Origin: an uncultured delta proteobacterium
GTDB taxonomy: Bacteria; Myxococcota_A; Polyangia; Polyangiales; Polyangiaceae
DNA length: 64,000 bases
Direction of reading: 5' to 3'
NCBI GenBank assembly: GCA_963782055.1
Contig: CAWAIF010000003.1
Location: 992,001 to 1,056,000 of the forward strand
This document shows, in pieces, positions 53,360 to 61,954 of this stretch (positions are counted from its first letter, which is position 1; each line of letters begins with the position of its first letter). Below the pieces are notes generated by a model. It saw nothing but the letters and a program-made list of their open reading frames with translations. It had not been told where the DNA came from and searched no databases. The position numbers and the translations under genes were made by a program.

Positions 53360-56182
53360 GTGGCGAAGCCGGCTCACTCCGAGCGCGTCGAGGATCTGCT
53401 CGAGCGCCTCGCCGCTGATCCCGCCGCGGGCCTCGACGAGGGCGAGATCCAGAAGCGCCTCGTGCGCGACGGGCCGAACGAGCTGCCCGCCCCGCCCAAG
53501 CCGAGCGCCATCAAGAAGTTCTTCGAGCAGTTCGCCAACCCCATCGTGGGGACGCTGCTCGTCGCGGCCGTCATCGCGCTGATCAACGGCGCCCGCAGCC
53601 ACCACCACTCCTTCCTCGTCCGCTACGGGGACGCGACCGCGATCCTGCTCATCGTGGCGCTCAACGCGGTGCTCGGCTTCTACCAGGAGCGCCGCGCGGA
53701 AGAGGCGCTGGACGCCCTCCAGAAGATGCAGACGCCCAACGCGCGCGTGCGCCGCGGGGGCGCCATCCGCGTGGTGCCCGCGACGCAGGTCGTCGTCGGC
53801 GACATCCTGGAGCTGGAGACCGGCGACGCGGTCGCGGCGGACGCCCGCCTGCTGCAGACCGCCAACGCCGCCACGGAGGAGAGCTCGCTCACCGGCGAGA
53901 GCGTCCCGGTGGGAAAGGACGCCAAGGCCGCCATCGCCGACGACGCCACGCTCGGCGACCGCGCGACGATGGTCTACGTCGGCACCAGCGTCGTGCGCGG
54001 CCGCGCGCGGGCGGTCGTCGTGGCCACCGGCAAGAACACCGAGATCGGCAAGCTCAACGCTCTCATCCAGAGCGCCGAGCAGGGGCGCACCCCGCTGGAG
54101 GAGAAGCTGGAGGTCTTCGGCAAGAAGATCCTCTGGACCTGCCTCGCCCTCTCCGCCCTGCTGCTCGTCCGCGGCCTCATCAAGGGCGACCGCACCTGGA
54201 ACGAGGTCCTGCTGGAGGCCGTCAGCCTCGCGGTGGCCGCCATCCCGGAGGGGCTGCCGGCGATCACCACCATCACCCTCGCCCTCGGCATGCAGCGCAT
54301 GGCGCGCCGCGGGGCGATCATCCGCAAGCTCGCCGCGGTGGAGACGCTCGGGTCGGCCACCGTCATCTGCTCCGACAAGACCGGCACCCTCACGCAGAAC
54401 GAGATGACGGTGCGCGAGGTCTACGCGAGCGACGTCACCTACGAGGTGACTGGCATCGGCTACGACCCGGACGGCAGCATCGTCGACCCCAAGGGGAGCG
54501 AGGTGCACGAGCCCGGCGGCACGCTGCGCCACCTGCTGGCCACCGTCGCCCTCTGCAACAACGCGCATCTGGAGCAGCAGGACGACGGCGGCTGGAAGGT
54601 CGCCGGCGACCCGACGGAGGGCGCGCTGCTCACTCTCGCGGCGAAGGGAGGCTTGCCCAAGGAGTCCATCGCGCCGAGCGTGCAGGTGCTCCGCGAGCTG
54701 CCCTTCGACAGCGACCGCAAGCGCATGACGGTGCTCGCCCTGGACGAGAACGGGCGGGAGGTCGTGCACGTCAAGGGCTCGGCGGACGTGGTGCTGCACA
54801 TGTGCTCCAGCTACGCCACCGACGACGGCATGCACACCCTGGACGACGCCCGGCGCGAGCAGTTCCTCGCCGAGGGCGAGCGCATGAGCCGGCTCTCGCT
54901 GCGCGTGCTCGCCGTCGCGCGCCGCGTCTTCCGCGAGGCGCAGCCGGTCGACCCGCCCGACGACGACCCCGCGTCGCTCCCCGAACCGGAGCCCTCCGGC
55001 GTGGACCGCCCCAGCCTGGAGCTGGAGGAGCAGCTCACCTTCCTGGGCCTGGTGGGGATGATGGACCCCCCGCGCGAGGGCGTGAAGGAGGCCGTGCGGG
55101 CGTGTCACGAGGCGCAGGTGCGCGCCGTCATGATCACCGGCGACCACAAGCTCACCGCCGTCGCCATCGCCCGCGACCTCGGCATCTGGGACGAGGGCTC
55201 CATCGCCCTCACCGGGTCCGAGCTGGAGAAGATGAGCGACGCGGAGCTCGCCGCGCGCGTCGACAGCACGCGCGTCTTCGCCCGCGTCACGGCCGAGCAG
55301 AAGCTCCGGATCGTGCGCGCCTTCAAGGCGGTCGGGCACGTGGTGGCGATGACGGGCGACGGGGTCAACGACGCGCCCGCCCTGCGCGAGGCGCACATCG
55401 GCGTGGCGATGGGCAAGGAGGGGACCGACGTCGCGCGCCAGGCCGCCGACATGGTCATCGCCGACGACAACTTCGCGACGATCGTCGACGCCGTGCGCGA
55501 GGGGCGCGCGATCTACCGCAACATCCAGAAGTTCATCTTCTTCCTGCTCTCCTCCAACGCCGGCCTGCTCGTCGCCGTCTTCGTCGCCTCCTTCCTGCCG
55601 CACCTGCCGCCGCTGACGCCCCTGATGATCCTGTGGATCAACCTGGTCACCAACGGCATGCCCGCCCTCGCCCTGGGCGTGGACCCGCCGGACCCGACGC
55701 AGATGGAGGAGCCCCCGCGCAAGGCGACCAGCGGCCTGCTGACGGCGCGCGAGTACCTCGGCATCGGCGCCGTCGGGCTCTGGATGGGTGCCGCCGCGCT
55801 CGTCTGCTACTTCTGGCCCTGGCCGGGGCAGGCCCACCCGCAGTGGCAGCCGCGCGCCATCGCCTTCTCCCTGCTGGCGCTCTCCCCGCTCTTCCATGCC
55901 TTCAACTGCCGATCGGCGAGCGCGTCCATCGCCAGGCTCCGGCCCTTCGTCTCCAAGCCGCTGGTGCTGGCGGTGGTGCTCTCGGCGGCGATCCACCTGG
56001 TGGCGGTGCTGGTCCCGGTCCTGCGTCCCGTCTTCCGCACCTTCCCGCTGACGGCCTACGAGTGGGGCGTCATGCTCGCGCTGTCCGCCTCCATCATCCC
56101 GGCGATCGAGCTGCTCAAGCTGGTCCAGCGGCGGGGGATGTTCGCGAGCAAGCTCGGCCCCCTTTCGCGCCGCCCGGGGTGA
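53360..56182 (+). CDS. P2A-like cation-translocating P-type ATPase with atypical ion site
   Basis: TGES, IPEGLP, DKTGTLT, KGS, MITGD, TGDGVNDAPAL. Confidence 0.93.
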   Translation: MAKPAHSERVEDLLERLAADPAAGLDEGEIQKRLVRDGPNELPAPPKPSAIKKFFEQFANPIVGTLLVAAVIALINGARSHHHSFLVRYGDATAILLIVALNAVLGFYQERRAEEALDALQKMQTPNARVRRGGAIRVVPATQVVVGDILELETGDAVAADARLLQTANAATEESSLTGESVPVGKDAKAAIADDATLGDRATMVYVGTSVVRGRARAVVVATGKNTEIGKLNALIQSAEQGRTPLEEKLEVFGKKILWTCLALSALLLVRGLIKGDRTWNEVLLEAVSLAVAAIPEGLPAITTITLALGMQRMARRGAIIRKLAAVETLGSATVICSDKTGTLTQNEMTVREVYASDVTYEVTGIGYDPDGSIVDPKGSEVHEPGGTLRHLLATVALCNNAHLEQQDDGGWKVAGDPTEGALLTLAAKGGLPKESIAPSVQVLRELPFDSDRKRMTVLALDENGREVVHVKGSADVVLHMCSSYATDDGMHTLDDARREQFLAEGERMSRLSLRVLAVARRVFREAQPVDPPDDDPASLPEPEPSGVDRPSLELEEQLTFLGLVGMMDPPREGVKEAVRACHEAQVRAVMITGDHKLTAVAIARDLGIWDEGSIALTGSELEKMSDAELAARVDSTRVFARVTAEQKLRIVRAFKAVGHVVAMTGDGVNDAPALREAHIGVAMGKEGTDVARQAADMVIADDNFATIVDAVREGRAIYRNIQKFIFFLLSSNAGLLVAVFVASFLPHLPPLTPLMILWINLVTNGMPALALGVDPPDPTQMEEPPRKATSGLLTAREYLGIGAVGLWMGAAALVCYFWPWPGQAHPQWQPRAIAFSLLALSPLFHAFNCRSASASIARLRPFVSKPLVLAVVLSAAIHLVAVLVPVLRPVFRTFPLTAYEWGVMLALSASIIPAIELLKLVQRRGMFASKLGPLSRRPG

Positions 56183-56198
56183 TCCTATCGTGGCAACG

Positions 56199-58268
56199 AT
56201 GCGTGTCGCGGCCATACGCGTGGTGGGTGTGCTCTTCACGGCCTTGCTGGCCGCGTGCGGTGGCGGGGCCGGCGCGAGCGGTGGGGCGAAGACGGGCGGG
56301 GCCTCCGGCGCCTCCGGTGACGTCTCCATCGGCGATCTCGCCTCCAGCCAGGGCGGCCTCACGTCGCTGGGCGGCGGCGACAACGCCGCGGTCCCCGATA
56401 CCGGCTACGCCGGCGCGCTCAAGGCGGACATCGTCTTGCCGGGCAGCCCGGTGAAGCTGGACGGCGTGCTCAAGGAGTGGCCGGCGCGCGTCGCGGCGAA
56501 GACCGTCGTGTCCGGCAAGCCCGCGCGCCTGGCCTTCGCGTGCGCCGTCCAGTACGACGCGCACCACGTCTACTTCGCCGGGGACGCCAACGACCCGCAG
56601 TTTTACCGCACGTCCCACTTCGGCGCGGACGAGGACCACGCCTCGCTCATCCTGGCGGTCCCCGGCGCGGGCGGCGCCCTGGTCGCGACCGAGGTCGGCT
56701 TCTTCGCGGGCAAGCCCGGCGAGTACGCCGGCGTCGTGCGCTACCTCTCCGGGCAGATGAAGGGCAAGGAGGTGCCCGGCAGCAAGATCGTCGAGGCGCC
56801 CACCGCGCACGGCTACTCCTTCGAGGCGTCGGTCCCGTGGTCCACCTTCCCCGGCACGCAGACCGTCCGCGTCGGCCTCCACGGCGTGGGCCGGTACTAC
56901 GATGGCACGAGCGCCGTCGTCGCGACGGGCGCGGGGGACGTGCACCACGCCGCGGACATGCCCGCCCTGGAGACCGAGCCGGAGCAGTCCCTCGTGGAGA
57001 GCTTCCTCGTGCCCAAGGGCCTGCTCGCCGCGACGCCCCGCGCCGACGTCTACGCCGACATCACCGGCGACGCGATGAAGGAGCGCATCACCGTCTTCGA
57101 CCGCTTCGTGACGATCGTCGGGCCGGGCTACCGCGGGGGCAAGGAGTTCTTCTTCCGCGATCTCGGCGCGGATCTGGTGCACCTGGACGCCCGCCCCATC
57201 ACCGGGCGCGGCAAGGACAATCTGCTCTTCCGCGTCCGCTTCGATGGGGAGGACCAGCGCGAGTGGGTGGAGGTCTGGAGCTTCCTCTCCGGCGCCGAGC
57301 CCACCACGACCTTCACCCACGAGATCCTGGTCTCCCAGGGAAGCAACCAGGTCGCCAACAGCGTGCACCTCGGCCACAAGACGATCGAGGTCGGCTACGA
57401 GCCGGCGAAGGGCTGGACCGCGGCGACCTACCAGCGCCCCGTGGCGACGGACGTGGAGCCGGTGCTCTTGCCCTGGGGCCCCACCAGGTCGCAGCTCTTC
57501 CGCTTCGACGGATCCAAGTTCCGGAAGGTGAAGGAGGTGGCGCAGAAGGCCACCGGCCCCGCGCCCACCGGGTCGGTCTCGGTCGGCCACCGCCCCACCA
57601 TTCGCCGCGTCGAGCCGCCGACCCCGGTCGTGCATCACGACACCAATCTCTCCAAGGAGCTGCTCGCGCGCTACCGCGCCGACCGCGGCGTCCCGGCGAG
57701 CGTGAAGTCGCGCTTCGACATGTCGGTGCAGCTCACCGGCGACCCGCGTCCGGAGCGCGTGGTGCTCGTCGGGCGCGACGTGGTGGTCTTCGGCCCCGGC
57801 TTCAAGGGCGGCACCGCGTACGCGTACATCACCCTCTCGCAGTTCGCCGACCCGGCGGACATCCAGGACATCCACGCGCGGGATCTCACCGGGGACGGCG
57901 ACGCCGACCTGGTGGTGCGCGGCCTGCGCCACGTGACGGCCGCCGGCAGCGGCAAGATCGACATGGACGTGCTCTTCGTCTACCAGGTCAAGAGCGACTC
58001 CCTCGCGCGCATCTTCGGCATCGAGACGGGCCGCCAGCAGGGGCGCAAGCGCATCCAGGGGATGGTGCAGTTCATCCCCGGGCCGGGCGGCAAGGGCTTC
58101 ACCGTGGACGTGCGGCCGGGGCGCGCCGTCGGGTGGACAGAGAAGACCTACCCGTGGGCGCAGGACCCTCCGGGCGCGGGCCCGCTGGAGCCCCTCCTCC
58201 TGCCGTGGGGGAGCCCGAATCACTTGCAGTATACATACAACGGGAGCGCCTTCGCGCAGAGCCCCTGA
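56199..58268 (+). CDS. Lipoprotein with a CBM9/DOMON-like domain and two tandem repeated domains
   Basis: Lipobox LAAC; VKLDGVLKEW..QYDAHHVYFA..GYSFEASVPW; DLTGDGDADLVV. Confidence 0.65.
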   Translation: MRVAAIRVVGVLFTALLAACGGGAGASGGAKTGGASGASGDVSIGDLASSQGGLTSLGGGDNAAVPDTGYAGALKADIVLPGSPVKLDGVLKEWPARVAAKTVVSGKPARLAFACAVQYDAHHVYFAGDANDPQFYRTSHFGADEDHASLILAVPGAGGALVATEVGFFAGKPGEYAGVVRYLSGQMKGKEVPGSKIVEAPTAHGYSFEASVPWSTFPGTQTVRVGLHGVGRYYDGTSAVVATGAGDVHHAADMPALETEPEQSLVESFLVPKGLLAATPRADVYADITGDAMKERITVFDRFVTIVGPGYRGGKEFFFRDLGADLVHLDARPITGRGKDNLLFRVRFDGEDQREWVEVWSFLSGAEPTTTFTHEILVSQGSNQVANSVHLGHKTIEVGYEPAKGWTAATYQRPVATDVEPVLLPWGPTRSQLFRFDGSKFRKVKEVAQKATGPAPTGSVSVGHRPTIRRVEPPTPVVHHDTNLSKELLARYRADRGVPASVKSRFDMSVQLTGDPRPERVVLVGRDVVVFGPGFKGGTAYAYITLSQFADPADIQDIHARDLTGDGDADLVVRGLRHVTAAGSGKIDMDVLFVYQVKSDSLARIFGIETGRQQGRKRIQGMVQFIPGPGGKGFTVDVRPGRAVGWTEKTYPWAQDPPGAGPLEPLLLPWGSPNHLQYTYNGSAFAQSP

Positions 58269-58293
58269 GCGCGGGGTAGGTACGCGCCCGCGC
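58269..58293. terminator. Hairpin between convergent genes
   Basis: GCGCGGG-N11-CCCGCGC. Confidence 0.35.
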
Positions 58294-58297
58294 CTCG

Positions 58298-59872
58298 CTA
58301 CCTCCTGTTCAGGAACGGATCCGGCCCGAGCCCATCGCCGATGCCGCCCGCGTGACCGCCGCCCTGCTTGACGTGGCTCCCGCCGCTCTTGTGGACGCTG
58401 GGGACGGGGACCAGCTTGACGAAGCGCGACGCGTCGGTGGACGCGACGGTGACCGTCTGCGAGACGTACCCCCCGCGCGCCACCAGCAGCGTGGCGGACT
58501 CGCCGTCGGCGAGCGAGAGCACGACCGGGTTGTGGAGCACCTCGCCGTCGCGGGTGACCTTCGCGTCGGGGGGCTGCACGGCCACCGCGATGGCGTGCGT
58601 CGGCGCGGCGACGGGGGCGGTGGCGCTCGGCGGCGGCGCAGGCGCGCTCGACGCCACCGGCGTCGTGGTGACGGCGGCCGACGCCTTGTCCGCCGGATCC
58701 CGCCGGGCGTCTGCCTCCGAGGCGCTGGAGCGCGCGAAGATGGCGACGACGATCCCAATCGCCGTCAGCACGCCCGCCGCGCCGGCGACGAGCGGCCACC
58801 GGGTGCGCCGCGAGCGTCGCTGCGGCGAGCCCGGCACCGCCGGCGGCATGATGCTGGAGCGGAAGTAGTCCGCCGGGACGTTGAAGCCGCCGGAGCGCGC
58901 CATCATCTCGGCGACGGCCTCGGGCATGGTGCCCTTTTCCAGCCTCTCCAGGTCCTCCACCAGCGCGTCCATCGACTCGTAGCGCTGGTCCACCTTCTTG
59001 GAGAGGCACTTGAGGACGACGGCGTCCAGCCCGGAGGGGATCTCCTGCGGCGCGGGCACCAGCGCGCGCATGGGGACCGGCGCCTTGTACATGTGCATCG
59101 TCAGGATGCCCATGAAGTTCTCGGCGTCGAAGGGGACCTTCCCTGCCGCCATCTCGTAGAGCATCACGCCGAGCGAGTAGATGTCGGTCTTGTGGTTGAC
59201 CGCGGCGCCGGCGGCCTGCTCCGGCGACATGTAGTGCGGCGTCCCGAAGACGCTACCCGCCTTGGTGAGCTTGGCGGTCTCCCCGCTCACCTTCGCGATG
59301 CCGAAGTCCAGGATCTTGACGAAGTCCTTCTCCTGCCCGCGGGCGATGAGCATCACGTTGTCCGGCTTGAGATCCCGGTGGACGATGCCCGCGGCGTGCG
59401 CGGCGGAGAGCCCCTGGGCGATCTGCTTGGCGATGTGCAGGATCCGGGACACCGGGAGCGGGCGCGCCTCCTCCATCACGGTGGAGAGCGGCTTGCCGTC
59501 CAGGTACTCCATGATGAAGTACGTCGCGCCGTCGGGGAGCACGCCGAAGTCGGAGATGTCGATGATGTGCGGGTTGCCGATGGCGGACGCGGCGCGCGCC
59601 TCCTGGAGGAAGCGGTCGGTCACCTCCTTGTCGCGCGCCATCTCCCCGCGCAGCACCTTGATGGCCACCCTCTTGTCGATCAGCTTGTGCTTGCCCCGGT
59701 AGACGATGCCCATGCCGCCCTGGCCGAGCACGCCGTCCACCTGGTAGCGGCCGTCGATCACCTTGCCGACGTACGGGTCGACCTGGGCCGGAGGGTCGGT
59801 CACCTCGAGCAGGTCCACCTCCGAAGGAGAGCGCGTCGGAACATCCGCGCCGAACTGTTTGGTGTCGCCCAT
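58298..59872 (-). CDS. Membrane-anchored Ser/Thr protein kinase with PEGA-like tail
   Basis: LGQGGMGIVY, VAIK, HRDLKPDN, DFGIAK, GTPHYMSPE; TM; VQPPDAKV..RGGY. Confidence 0.93.
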   Translation of the reverse strand: MGDTKQFGADVPTRSPSEVDLLEVTDPPAQVDPYVGKVIDGRYQVDGVLGQGGMGIVYRGKHKLIDKRVAIKVLRGEMARDKEVTDRFLQEARAASAIGNPHIIDISDFGVLPDGATYFIMEYLDGKPLSTVMEEARPLPVSRILHIAKQIAQGLSAAHAAGIVHRDLKPDNVMLIARGQEKDFVKILDFGIAKVSGETAKLTKAGSVFGTPHYMSPEQAAGAAVNHKTDIYSLGVMLYEMAAGKVPFDAENFMGILTMHMYKAPVPMRALVPAPQEIPSGLDAVVLKCLSKKVDQRYESMDALVEDLERLEKGTMPEAVAEMMARSGGFNVPADYFRSSIMPPAVPGSPQRRSRRTRWPLVAGAAGVLTAIGIVVAIFARSSASEADARRDPADKASAAVTTTPVASSAPAPPPSATAPVAAPTHAIAVAVQPPDAKVTRDGEVLHNPVVLSLADGESATLLVARGGYVSQTVTVASTDASRFVKLVPVPSVHKSGGSHVKQGGGHAGGIGDGLGPDPFLNRR

Positions 59873-59999
59873 GAGGCCGACACCACTATACCCCGAACCC
59901 CGGCCGTCGCCACGTGACGGGCCTCGCCGCCGCTCCCCGCGGGGCTCCCCCTCTCCCGCCCCTTTCCCCGGGCCCTCTCCGTGCTAAGTGTGCCGGGCC

Positions 60000-61655
60000 A
60001 TGGGTTTCTCGCTCTCGCTCGCGCTCCGGTACCTCGGGTCGAAGAAGCGCGAGTTCATCTCGGTGGGGACGGCCTTCGCGATGATCGGCGTCACCCTCGG
60101 CGTCGCGGCCCTGGCGATCGTGATGAGCGTCACCGGCGGCTTCCAGCAGCAGTTCCGGGAGAAGGTGCTGGGCGTCAACGCCGACGTGCTCGTCCTCAAG
60201 TACTCCATCGACTTCCGCGAGTACCGCGAGATCATGGCCAAGCTCAACGGCATGAGCGTGACCAAGCCGGAGTTCTTCTTCTGCCCGTGGAGCTTCTGCC
60301 CGCAGCGCACGGTGCACGTCACCGGCGTGGCGCCCTTCGTCATCAACCCGATGATGCTCACCCACGGGGACCGCACCGCCACCGGCGTGCTCCTCAAGGG
60401 CGTCGACCCCGAGCTGATGCCCAAGGTGCTCGACCTGCCGAAGCACATCCTCCCCGGCGGCAGCCTCGCCGGCCTCCGCCGCCCCGGCGCCAAGCCCCCG
60501 CCCCCCAAGCGGGAGGGCAACTACCTGGAGAACCAGGGCGTGGCCACCCCGCCGCCGCCGCACATCGACCTGCCCAGCCACAAGGACCAGACCCTGCAGG
60601 GCATCCACGACCCGCTCGACGGCGGGCGTGAGGCGCTCTTCCAGGCCATCGCCGGCGACCTCGACTCCGACGCCGGCGCCCCCGCGCCCCCGCCGGACGA
60701 GCTCGAGGAGCTCGGCATGCTGGGCGGGGACCTGGACGCGGGCGTCGCCGGCGACCTCACCCCCGACGGCGGTTACGCCAGCTCGATGCCCGACGACATC
60801 GTCCTGCCCGACACCGTCGACCCCGACCCGTGCAAGAGCCCGGAGCAGATCGCCAAGCTCCCCGGCGTCGTCGTCGGCAAGACGCTGGCGAAGCAGCTCA
60901 ACGTCGGCATCGGCGACTGCGTCCAGATCACCTCCCCGAGCATCGGCATGACGCTCGGCGCCTCCTCGCGCGCGCCGGTGGCCAAGCAGTTCCGCGTCAT
61001 CGCCGAGTTCGATGCCGGCTTCGACCAGTACGACTCCAAGCTCGTCTACACCGACCTCTACGAGGCGCAGGCCTTCTACGATCAGGGCGACAGCGTCACC
61101 GGCGTCGAGATGAAGGTCGACGACATCGAGCACGCCCACGACGTCGCGCAGAAGATCGACGCCGACCTCAACAACAGCGTCTACCACACGATGGACTGGA
61201 TGGAGCTCAACCACGGCCTCTTCACCGCGCTGCTCATCCAGCAGATCGGCATGAGCGTCGTGCTCGCGCTCATCATCGTGGTCGCCGCCTTCACCGTCAT
61301 CGCCACGCTCATCATGGTCGTGCTCGACAAGAAGCGGGAGATCGCCCTGCTCAAGGCCCTCGGCGCGAAGGACTCGGCGATATTACGCGCCTTCCTCTAC
61401 CAGGGCGGGATCATAGGCTTCGTCGGCACCTCGCTCGGCCTGCTGCTCGGCTGGGTCTGCTGCAAGGGGGTGCTGGCCTACGGGTTCCCGCTCGACCCCA
61501 AGGTGTATTTCATCTCGCACCTGCCGGTGGTGATCCGCCCGACGGAGTTCATCATCACCGGGACCTTCTCCATCCTCATCTGCCTGCTCGGCACGGTCTT
61601 CCCGGCGCTCTACGCGGCGAACCTGCGCCCGGCGGACGGCCTGCGGGCGGAGTGA
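60000..61655 (+). CDS. LolC/E-family lipoprotein-releasing ABC permease with a large periplasmic insertion
   Basis: LALRYL, GVTLGVAALAIVMSVTGGF, KGVDP, DWMELN, LIIVVAAF, KKREIALLKALGA, VYFISHLP. Confidence 0.88.
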   Translation: MGFSLSLALRYLGSKKREFISVGTAFAMIGVTLGVAALAIVMSVTGGFQQQFREKVLGVNADVLVLKYSIDFREYREIMAKLNGMSVTKPEFFFCPWSFCPQRTVHVTGVAPFVINPMMLTHGDRTATGVLLKGVDPELMPKVLDLPKHILPGGSLAGLRRPGAKPPPPKREGNYLENQGVATPPPPHIDLPSHKDQTLQGIHDPLDGGREALFQAIAGDLDSDAGAPAPPPDELEELGMLGGDLDAGVAGDLTPDGGYASSMPDDIVLPDTVDPDPCKSPEQIAKLPGVVVGKTLAKQLNVGIGDCVQITSPSIGMTLGASSRAPVAKQFRVIAEFDAGFDQYDSKLVYTDLYEAQAFYDQGDSVTGVEMKVDDIEHAHDVAQKIDADLNNSVYHTMDWMELNHGLFTALLIQQIGMSVVLALIIVVAAFTVIATLIMVVLDKKREIALLKALGAKDSAILRAFLYQGGIIGFVGTSLGLLLGWVCCKGVLAYGFPLDPKVYFISHLPVVIRPTEFIITGTFSILICLLGTVFPALYAANLRPADGLRAE

Positions 61656-61734
61656 GGTCCGGCGGAAACAGCCCGAAGGGCAGCGTGACGCTCGCCGTCG
61701 CGTGTCACCCGAAAATTGGCGCCTCACGCGACAC

Positions 61735-61756
61735 GCCCGCGGCCCCGCTTTTTTTC
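61735..61756 (+). terminator. Possible intrinsic terminator after lolC/E
   Basis: GCGG-CC-CCGC followed by T7; the stem is short. Confidence 0.35.
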
Positions 61757-61954
61757 GTAACGGAGGCGCGCTCTACCCGCACCGGGCGTCGAGGCACGAC
61801 ACGCGTGTGGAGCGCCACGTTGACCCGCAGTCGGCGCGGCTGATAAGACCATCCAGCCCATGAGGATCTGCTTGTTCGCGACGTGTCGCGACCCGGAAAC
61901 GCGCCGCGGGGAATCGGGGGGCAGAACCACGACGGCGACGGAGAGGACCTGACG

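Noticed and set aside
61650..61690. GAGGTCCGGCGGAAACAGCC resembles SRP RNA helix 8, and the region loosely resembles a c-di-GMP-I riboswitch
   Set aside because: It lacks the GNRA tetraloop and AGCAG of SRP and the GCAAA motifs of the riboswitch, and it overlaps the lolC/E stop codon.
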